Position numbers and translations under genes: made by a program. Below the pieces are notes generated by a model, which did no database searches, had not been told where the DNA came from, and worked only from the letters and a program-made list of their open reading frames with translations. A stretch of 64,000 nt of DNA from Ostreococcus lucimarinus (Eukaryota), in the NCBI GenBank assembly GCA_000092065.1, contig CP000583.1; one strand, written 5' to 3'. Below are positions 19,725 to 27,070 of the stretch, in pieces. The first letter of the stretch is position 1. Each line of letters starts with the position of its first letter.

Positions 19725-20375
19725 CTACTCCATTTCGAGCGTGGTAAAGTACTTAAGCGCGTCGAACTTCTCACCCTTCGCTTCCTTGATCAATCGTTGC
19801 AACTCGCGCGGCTTCTTGATCTGACCTTGAATACCGATTTCGTCGTCTTCGCCCTTCGGCACGACCCAGAGTGGCCACGCGCTCGTGTATCCGGTGCAAA
19901 TCCCGTCTGGCTTGATCACATCTTCGTGCCCTTCGGCGTTTTGGTAGACTCCGTTCGGGAAGCATTCAACGTAATCGATGTACTCCATCGCTTCTTTTCC
20001 CAACAGTTCCTTTTGCTTGTTGCAGTTTTCGCACCAAAACGCCCCGTACAGACGCGCCCCCGCCTCCTTCAACTGCTTCGCGATGGCGATCGCTTCTTCA
20101 CTCGATTCCTTCTGGACAACGTACTTGGTGTACGGTACGGCGACCACTTTCTTGGCCTTTTCTTCTTCATCCGCGATCGCACCGAGCGGCACACCGAACG
20201 CGGACGCGAGTGCGGCGGTAGACAGTCCGAAGAGCGCCGCGCGACGGTCGAGGTGTTCGTCGTTCGCCGACGCCGACGCGCGAGTCGTCGTCGTCACGCG
20301 CGCGCGCGACGTGGAACGACGCGCATTGGTGCGCGCGTTGATCACCGGAACGTTCGAGCGAGCTGGAGCGAACAT
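19725..20375 (-). CDS. Thylakoid-lumen-type thioredoxin-like protein resembling the soluble Trx domain of LTO1 (VKOR-Trx), with no VKOR membrane domain
   Basis: YGAFWCENCNKQKELLGKEAMEYIDYVECFPNG matches the LTO1 Trx domain (YGAFWCSHCQEQKE...YVECFPDG). A transit-peptide-like N-terminus is followed by a twin-arginine signal DRRAALFGLSTAALASAFG. ATG re-anchored to 20375. Confidence 0.6.
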   Translation of the reverse strand: MFAPARSNVPVINARTNARRSTSRARVTTTTRASASANDEHLDRRAALFGLSTAALASAFGVPLGAIADEEEKAKKVVAVPYTKYVVQKESSEEAIAIAKQLKEAGARLYGAFWCENCNKQKELLGKEAMEYIDYVECFPNGVYQNAEGHEDVIKPDGICTGYTSAWPLWVVPKGEDDEIGIQGQIKKPRELQRLIKEAKGEKFDALKYFTTLEME

Positions 20376-20493
20376 GGACGATACGAGGGGCGCGTAAGAG
20401 TGGCGCGAGCGAGCGATCGGTTGTGGATATGTTGGAATCGGCGAGCGGCGGATGGTACAACGAAATGCTCTCTTCACACGAGTCACGGATCTA

Positions 20494-21198
20494 TCACGAT
20501 CCCATTTGCTCCGCTTGGAGCTTGTCTAAAATGCTCTGTACGCGATGCTTCATCACTGGCTGCCCGCGCTTGGTCTTCTTGCGCATGAGTTGCTTTTTGT
20601 CCTGACGCTTGACGCGTTGAGCTTTGAGCTCGGCGTCTCGTGCGGCTTTTTCTTCTAAAAATACTTTCCTCTGCGCCTCACGCTCGGCGCGCTCGACTTG
20701 GCCTTTCTCCCAAGCCTTTTTCAAATAATCAAATTTCTTCTTCTTCCCTTTCACCGTGAGCTGTTCCTCGGGCGCCTCGTCGTCTTCGGCGGCGGCGGCG
20801 CGCGTCTTCGCGTCTTCGTCCAAATCTTCGTCCTCATCGTCCCCTCTCTTCGCCCCTTTCGCCTCTCGGGCGAGGTCTGGGTTATCAATCGCCGCCAATC
20901 GTCGCTCGTACGCCTCTGGATCGAACCCTTCGTCCCGTTCTATCTTCTCCCCGAGCTTCTTTTGCAATCTCTCATACTTTGCCTTTTTCGCCGCCGCCTC
21001 GTCTCGCGACTGTTTGATTCGTGCCCGCTTGTCGTACGTCGACTTGCGGGCGTTGATGAAACGACCGATGGACAGCGCGCTGCGTCCATCGCGCTTCATC
21101 TCCGTCCGTCGCAAGGTTTTGTCCCCGCGTTTCGCATCGCGCGACGTCGACGCTAGAATTTCACCCATGCCCTCCGCGCGTCGCGGAGTGCGGCCCAT
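20494..21198 (-). CDS. Basic Lys/Arg/Glu-rich coiled-coil protein (nucleolar-type, function unassigned)
   Basis: 234 aa, highly charged (KKKKFDYLKKAWEKGQVERAEREAQRK...). An alternative start is at 21168. Confidence 0.4.
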   Translation of the reverse strand: MGRTPRRAEGMGEILASTSRDAKRGDKTLRRTEMKRDGRSALSIGRFINARKSTYDKRARIKQSRDEAAAKKAKYERLQKKLGEKIERDEGFDPEAYERRLAAIDNPDLAREAKGAKRGDDEDEDLDEDAKTRAAAAEDDEAPEEQLTVKGKKKKFDYLKKAWEKGQVERAEREAQRKVFLEEKAARDAELKAQRVKRQDKKQLMRKKTKRGQPVMKHRVQSILDKLQAEQMGS

Positions 21199-21251
21199 TC
21201 GTCGACGCGACTCGTCGCGACGGCGCGCGCGTCGCGAGCGCGGAGGGCGCG

Positions 21252-21989
21252 ATGGAGCTCCCGGCGTCGATAAATAAGTTTATCGAGCGCGCGCGGGGCG
21301 TCGTCGATGGGGCGTCGAACGCGCGCGCGGCGCTGGATGAGCGGATAGATCGAACGAGCTCGGACGCCGCGTTCGCGGTGGCGAAGACGATCGAGACGAC
21401 GAGGGAGCGGGTGAACGATATCACCGATACCGCGGTCGCGCACGCTGAGGCGTTGGCCGAGCACGCGCGGGAGAGCGAGGATGAGTTCTTTAAGATGGCG
21501 AGCAAGCGCGTGGTGGAGACGGTGCGGGAGAACCCAGCGAGCGCGACCGCGGGTGCGCTGACGTTTCTCGCGCTCGCGCTTCCGGGACCGAGAGCGTTGC
21601 TGTGGCGATCGACGCTCGGGAGATTGCAAAGCGAGGAGGCACTCTTCAACGCGTGCGTGCGTAGGAGCGAAACGCTGGCGCTCGACGCTGAAGCGGCGAG
21701 CGGGGAGATTCAGCGCTTGACGGAAGCTGCGAGTGCCGCGGAGGTTGAGATGAAGCGTGGGGCGGCAAATTTGAAATCGGCTGCCCGAGAGCTTCGTGCG
21801 ATGGAGTCGAGGACGTACGGTATGGATAAGAAGGCGACGACACTCTTGAACGACTTGCGCGTCTTGCCGAGCAAGGAGGCGGTGGCGCTCCAAGAACAGG
21901 TGGCCTCGACGGTCGATAAGGTGGCGGCCCATCGCAACGTCGCCCTGTCCACGCTTAAGCGTATTTTCAAGAGCGGTATCGAGGTGTAA
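21252..21989 (+). CDS. Hypothetical protein (Ala/Glu-rich, one hydrophobic segment)
   Basis: 245-aa non-repetitive ORF with an ATG at 21252. The overlapping antisense ORF 21153..22139 is arginine-rich low complexity and judged spurious. Confidence 0.45.
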   Translation: MELPASINKFIERARGVVDGASNARAALDERIDRTSSDAAFAVAKTIETTRERVNDITDTAVAHAEALAEHARESEDEFFKMASKRVVETVRENPASATAGALTFLALALPGPRALLWRSTLGRLQSEEALFNACVRRSETLALDAEAASGEIQRLTEAASAAEVEMKRGAANLKSAARELRAMESRTYGMDKKATTLLNDLRVLPSKEAVALQEQVASTVDKVAAHRNVALSTLKRIFKSGIEV

Positions 21990-22379
21990 ATCTCCTCGAA
22001 CGTCTTCGTAGTCCAGCGCATTAGATGTGTAAGTAGCAGCACCCGCGGCGAAGCCTTCTCCTCTCGCGACGTTCGCGGGAGTGCCTCCGCGAACGAAACG
22101 CCCTCTCGTCGCTCTCGCGAGCGATCGAGCGCACGTCAAGACTTCACACGAGCTCGCGCGACGCGTAATTCCGACTCTCGCGAATCGACGGACCGAACGG
22201 GGGGGGAGGCGAAGTCTTTCGTTCGCACTGGAGAAATGTAAAAGATTGTGAGAAACGTGGCGAGGAGGGCCCTGTTTTAACTGCGATCGCGTCCGATCGG
22301 TTCGCGTGTTTCGGGCTTACGGTTCCGAAACACTGAAAAAAGCTGAAATCCGCGTCAGAGTTCGTTGCGCGTCATCGGT

Positions 22380-23036
22380 ATGAGAGCGTCGTGTTCGGCG
22401 TCAGGAGTTCGAGCCCCCAGCGCGTCGACGGCGGCGAAGCGCAAGCACGCTACCCCCTCAGCGAATCGTCGCGATTTCCTCGCTTTCGTCGCTTTTCTTT
22501 CGTCCTCCTCGGCGCCTGCGTCGCGAGCGCAATTCTACAAGCGAAGCTTTCGCGAGCGATTCGAGACGTCCATCTCTTCCGCCACGCACGATTATTCCTT
22601 CGAGTATCCGGAGGATTGGAGCGCGGATATCGTGTCGTTAAATGATGGCAAACTCTACGGCGTCGATACTCGCTATAAGTCGGACACAGGGAACGGTCAG
22701 CTCGCCGTGAGTGTTTTGCCTTTCGTCGGGGCGGACGGTATCAAAGACGCCGGGACGCCGGAGGATGTTTTGCAAAGATTTGAAGAGCTCATCGGTGCCT
22801 ACTGGGAACAAAATGGTTTTGGACAACCAGGACGAACGCCATCGTCAACGTCTGTGTCGACGAAAAACGGTGTCGATTATTATCTATACGAACTCGTGTC
22901 GCCGCACAACTTGATTTCCGCGTGCATCGTCGAAGGTGAACTGTATCTCATGGTCGCCTCTTGCGGCGCTCGGTCTTGGAAGAGCGCCGAAGGCGATCTA
23001 CGATCAATCGTTGATTCGTTCAAGGTGCCACCATAG
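22380..23036 (+). CDS. PsbP-domain (PPD-type) thylakoid lumen protein with a twin-arginine signal
   Basis: Tat motif NRRDFLAFVAFLSSSSAPASRA after a transit-peptide-like N-terminus. PsbP-fold region DYSFEYPEDWSADIV...LYELVSPHNLISACIVEGELYLMVASCGARSWKS. First ATG at 22380. Confidence 0.7.
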   Translation: MRASCSASGVRAPSASTAAKRKHATPSANRRDFLAFVAFLSSSSAPASRAQFYKRSFRERFETSISSATHDYSFEYPEDWSADIVSLNDGKLYGVDTRYKSDTGNGQLAVSVLPFVGADGIKDAGTPEDVLQRFEELIGAYWEQNGFGQPGRTPSSTSVSTKNGVDYYLYELVSPHNLISACIVEGELYLMVASCGARSWKSAEGDLRSIVDSFKVPP

Positions 23037-23103
23037 CCTTAGCGTTCGTTGTATTACAAAATTCTCATTTCCAACAAGATTTCGTCGGTGTCATTTCATG
23101 CAT

Positions 23104-26100
23104 TCATTTCCAAGTGTTTGGAAATTGTTGCGTTCGCGATGATGATATTCTCGTGAATCGGTGCTGCGTTAAGTCTCTGTTCGAATCGAAACAATCAAGC
23201 GTCGAGTTTCTTCGCCCACGCTCGGGAGGCGCGGGCATTCGGTAAGACTCGAGCATTTGATTGAATTCCTCAAGTGACGGTTCAGGTTGCTGCCGATGCT
23301 TCTCCAGAATCATGTTTGCGCTCGTCGAGGGTCCGTCGCTCGTCCGGGTCGGTTGCCAGAGTCGACCACCGCCGACAGCGCCAACATTGACAGGGGGCGC
23401 TCTTCGTGGTGACGCCGCTGGCGGTGATCGTAAGAGTGATCGCGGCGCCGACGTGGGAGACGTCTTGAAGTCCACGATTGGAGACGGCGTATCGATATTG
23501 CGCCGATGCAAAGATTGGTAATAATGCGGAGTCGCGGTGTTTGTCGGCGAATCTAAAGACAAAGATTCGAGCTCCCATTCGTCGAGTCGTGGTCGCTTCG
23601 AAATGGGCGAGTAAAACTCTGTGATTGGACGTTCCGTGAAGACTTGCCTTCGTTCTTGCGCAGCTCCGCCGCGGGGCGAATACGGCGGTGGTACATCCTT
23701 CGCCGGCTCTTCGGCACCGAAGACATCGAGTGGGCATCCAAGGTATCCATCGCGTTGCAAGTACGCCTTAGTATTCGAAGACAGATTACCAATGCGTTGG
23801 AGTTCATCGCAAACGAATTCATCCGCCAATAGAGCGCATGCGGAGATTGGATTGAGCAAAGGAAACATATCACACAACTCCATTTCTTCAATCGTTCGGC
23901 TCTCTGGCATTGGCGCAGAAAATTCTGAGAAACGACCATCTTGTGGCTGCAGAATCTCATGTAGCATCGACGCGGTTTCATCTTCGAGACTGTACCTGAG
24001 ATCGATGGAAAAATGCATGTGCGCGGCGTCTGAATGGATTCTTCGATCAAGCGTTTGCGCAATGTTTAAAAAGTCCAAATCACCCTCAAAGACCATCGTT
24101 CCTGACACAAACGAGTGCGCCATAGCAACCATCAAATCTTCCACCAACGAAAAAAGTTCAATTTGTGTCGGTAACCCTTCAACAAAATATTCTGGCACGA
24201 TCAATATCACTGCGTGAACTTGCTTGCCGACGGTGAAGCATGCGTCAACGTCGATCCCAAACTCTCGCAAAATCACGTCGCACCCGTCGTCGAGTAAGTT
24301 TCGCTCAACTTGACCAAATAGTTGCTCTCGTACCTTGATAATCTGTCTAGCGACGTTGAGCACGACGACGTGCCTCGGAACGCCATCGAATTGTACAGGA
24401 GGCGATACATTGGGATCTTCGTCGCGCACGACGCTTGCAGCATGTTGATTATTCTCCACGTACGGTGAATGACGCAACGCCGATGACGCAGGCTCTGGAT
24501 CTTCACTAGGTATAGAGACACCCCGTTTCATGGCGAGCACTCTCACAAAGCGATTTGCAGCGTGGCGCGAAGAACCAAGCAGATGAAGATCTTGAAGCGC
24601 ATTCGGCGACGGAGCGTAATAAACGCACGTCGAAAATAGCTCCAATGGAAATGCCTCATGAGCAATATGAGCCTCGAGAGCGATTAAAACTTGTACATTG
24701 GCCGTCGCGAGCGTAACCGCGCGAGCGAAATCCTCAACATCGTCTTCGTGTAGATTTTTAAACTCTTGCTTACCATCAAACTGAACTGCTTTTGTACCAA
24801 GCTTACTGATAAATCGCACGATGGAGAGTATACCCATCGCGTCGGGAAAGATAATGAGCATTTTCGATTGAGTCACTATGAGATCTGCGATGTACGCTCT
24901 GATCATTCTCAACTTGGGATGATCGTCAAACTCGCCGCGCTCCACGGCAACGTCGTTGTTTTCGACGAGGCTCTTGATGTCTGATAAATCTTGTTCATCC
25001 TTAGCGTAACTCCGCATCAAAATGTGCGCTTGATGAATTCCATACACATGAATTAAATTCGCCGCACTTTGACAGCACAGCAAGTTCTTCAAATGTCGAT
25101 TGATTGACGACGACTCATTCGCAAAGTGTTTCATTGCGTGCGCGAGCTCCGTAGATTCGCCGACTTGAAATCGGGGAATAGCTCGCTGAATATCCAGAGG
25201 TAAAATTTGCGATATGTAACCATAACGTTCCGCGAGCACTTTGATCACATATGTGTGTTCTGGATCAAGGTCAAGCTCGACGAAATCGATCAAGCACGCA
25301 TCCTTGTGTTTCTCAATCTTCGAAAGAGACAGCGATTCACTCAGCGTCGGTGGCTTTGGAATGGCTTCAGGCGCTGACTTTGGCGGTTCTTTCGTCGTTC
25401 GTGGTTCATCGTTCTTATCCATCATGTCGTCCCAAGTCCAATCGAGATCATCATTATCCATCTCGGCTTCGCGAAATAAAGTTGCCGCCGCGGTGTGCTC
25501 TTCTTCTTGAAATCGCGCCAACGTATCGAGGGCGTTTGGGATAGCAACTTTCCATTCGGATAACGCGGGCGCGCGGTCTTTTACTGCTTGCACACTCGCA
25601 ATCACGTCTCGCATTGCGCGATCCGTACGAACATTCGCATCTTCTTCTTCTTCTTCATCGATCTTCGGTACAATCATTGGTTTGGTGACGAATCGGTCGT
25701 CGACGTTTAGAAGCTTCTTTGTCATTTGCGCTTTGGCTTTGGACGAGAAATCATTCGACACCGCGAGGGTGTGCTCTTCCACAGGCGTCGTTAAAGTCTT
25801 CAACTTTGAGTCCAGAGCAATATCCATCGAATCTGGATCCACGTTCTCCATGAACCTTGGCGCGGTGTCTTCACAAATCAACGGAGCGATCTTCGTCGGC
25901 ACGGCTTGGAAAGGGTCTTTCGTCGACGGCTCGGGGATCCTTCCTTGAAACAGGAGATTCTTTAAGTACTCCTTGCATGAACTATCAATCTTTATCTCAT
26001 TTTCCCACGGCAGCACTTTGATCTTTTTCGCCATCGAGAGCAAGAACGTGATCGGAGACGCGAGAAGAGAAGGCTCGTCCATCGCAAACGAAGTCTCGAG

Positions 26101-26766
26101 TGGGCGCGGAAACAAACTCATGAAATCCTTCAACTTACCAACCTTCGTCGTCGACTCAAACTCTTTCGAACCTTCGCTCTCTCGCTCAACGTCGTATCTC
26201 TTCTGCAAGTCATTCTCAACGCAATCCAGCGCCTCCAGGGCGTCTTCGTTCAATCGAAACAAACAGCTCTCCGAATTTGTCGAGAAACTCGCCTCGCGAA
26301 TCGCTCTTCGCAGCGCTCTTCGCGTCTCGTCTTCATCGACGATCACGGGCGTCTCCATCCTCTCCATCCACCGCGAATCCATCGCTACTACCAATGACTT
26401 ATCGATGCCACCGCGCTTCTTCCCATGATCGACCGATATCTTCACCGGACGCGAAGCCACCGCGCCGAACGCCATCGCTCTCTCGTCTCTCGTCTCGCGA
26501 CCCGTCTCCACCCAATCCATCGTCTCCACGCACTTCTCCACCGGCACGGCGGCGATGATGTCCATCGCCGTCAGCGACGCGCACCGCACTTTCGTCCTCC
26601 CCCCCCCCGTGGCGACGTCATCGAGCGTCACCGACCCACCGCTCGTCTCCGACGTCGCCTCGTTCTCGTCCTCCCCCGCCGTCGTCGCGTCGCCTTCGAT
26701 CGCCCTCGCCTTCGCCTCCCACTTCCCACCCCCGTCCTCGCTCGGTTTCGCCCCGATGTGCGTCAT
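23104..26766 (-). CDS. Large (about 1220 aa) orphan protein with no confident domain assignment
   Basis: Continuous non-repetitive ORF. A stretch (QSKMLIIFPDAMGILSIVRFISKLGTKAVQFDGK...) faintly resembles degenerate SF2/XPF-like helicase folds. ATG tentatively at 26766 (MTHIGAKPSEDGG), because the upstream part of the ORF is Arg/Asp-rich repeat-derived. Confidence 0.45.
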   Translation of the reverse strand: MTHIGAKPSEDGGGKWEAKARAIEGDATTAGEDENEATSETSGGSVTLDDVATGGGRTKVRCASLTAMDIIAAVPVEKCVETMDWVETGRETRDERAMAFGAVASRPVKISVDHGKKRGGIDKSLVVAMDSRWMERMETPVIVDEDETRRALRRAIREASFSTNSESCLFRLNEDALEALDCVENDLQKRYDVERESEGSKEFESTTKVGKLKDFMSLFPRPLETSFAMDEPSLLASPITFLLSMAKKIKVLPWENEIKIDSSCKEYLKNLLFQGRIPEPSTKDPFQAVPTKIAPLICEDTAPRFMENVDPDSMDIALDSKLKTLTTPVEEHTLAVSNDFSSKAKAQMTKKLLNVDDRFVTKPMIVPKIDEEEEEDANVRTDRAMRDVIASVQAVKDRAPALSEWKVAIPNALDTLARFQEEEHTAAATLFREAEMDNDDLDWTWDDMMDKNDEPRTTKEPPKSAPEAIPKPPTLSESLSLSKIEKHKDACLIDFVELDLDPEHTYVIKVLAERYGYISQILPLDIQRAIPRFQVGESTELAHAMKHFANESSSINRHLKNLLCCQSAANLIHVYGIHQAHILMRSYAKDEQDLSDIKSLVENNDVAVERGEFDDHPKLRMIRAYIADLIVTQSKMLIIFPDAMGILSIVRFISKLGTKAVQFDGKQEFKNLHEDDVEDFARAVTLATANVQVLIALEAHIAHEAFPLELFSTCVYYAPSPNALQDLHLLGSSRHAANRFVRVLAMKRGVSIPSEDPEPASSALRHSPYVENNQHAASVVRDEDPNVSPPVQFDGVPRHVVVLNVARQIIKVREQLFGQVERNLLDDGCDVILREFGIDVDACFTVGKQVHAVILIVPEYFVEGLPTQIELFSLVEDLMVAMAHSFVSGTMVFEGDLDFLNIAQTLDRRIHSDAAHMHFSIDLRYSLEDETASMLHEILQPQDGRFSEFSAPMPESRTIEEMELCDMFPLLNPISACALLADEFVCDELQRIGNLSSNTKAYLQRDGYLGCPLDVFGAEEPAKDVPPPYSPRGGAAQERRQVFTERPITEFYSPISKRPRLDEWELESLSLDSPTNTATPHYYQSLHRRNIDTPSPIVDFKTSPTSAPRSLLRSPPAASPRRAPPVNVGAVGGGRLWQPTRTSDGPSTSANMILEKHRQQPEPSLEEFNQMLESYRMPAPPERGRRNSTLDCFDSNRDLTQHRFTRISSSRTQQFPNTWK

Positions 26767-26860
26767 CGCGTCTCGTTTCAAATCATCCCTTCGCGTCGAC
26801 GCGTACCGCATCCTCGTCCGTCGCGCCGTCGTCGCGGTGTGGCCGTCCAGCCGTCGCCCG

Positions 26861-27060
26861 TCCGTCCGTCTCGTCCCGTCTCGGGACGCGAATCGCCGGA
26901 TCGGCGAATCGCCGGATCGCGCGATCGGCGGATCGGCGGATCGGCGATCGCGCGATCGATCGTCCGTCGATCGCGCGATCGCGTCGATCGATCGATCGTC
27001 GATCGACGTCCGTCGACGGACGTCGATCGTCGATCGTCCCGCCCGGCGCGTCGATCGTCC
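26861..27060. repeat. CGATCG-type palindromic microsatellite/GC island in the divergent promoter of the large orphan gene and IF-2
   Basis: cgccggatcggcgaatcgccggatcgcgcgatcggcggatcggcggatcggcgatcgcgcgatcgatcg... Confidence 0.7.
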
Positions 27061-27070
27061 CGCCCGCACA

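Noticed and set aside
26861-27060. Regularly spaced short repeats (cgatcg / ggatcggcg) that might superficially suggest a CRISPR-like array.
   Set aside because: Units are 6-9 bp microsatellites with no spacer structure. The context is a eukaryotic nuclear promoter. No cas-like genes are present.
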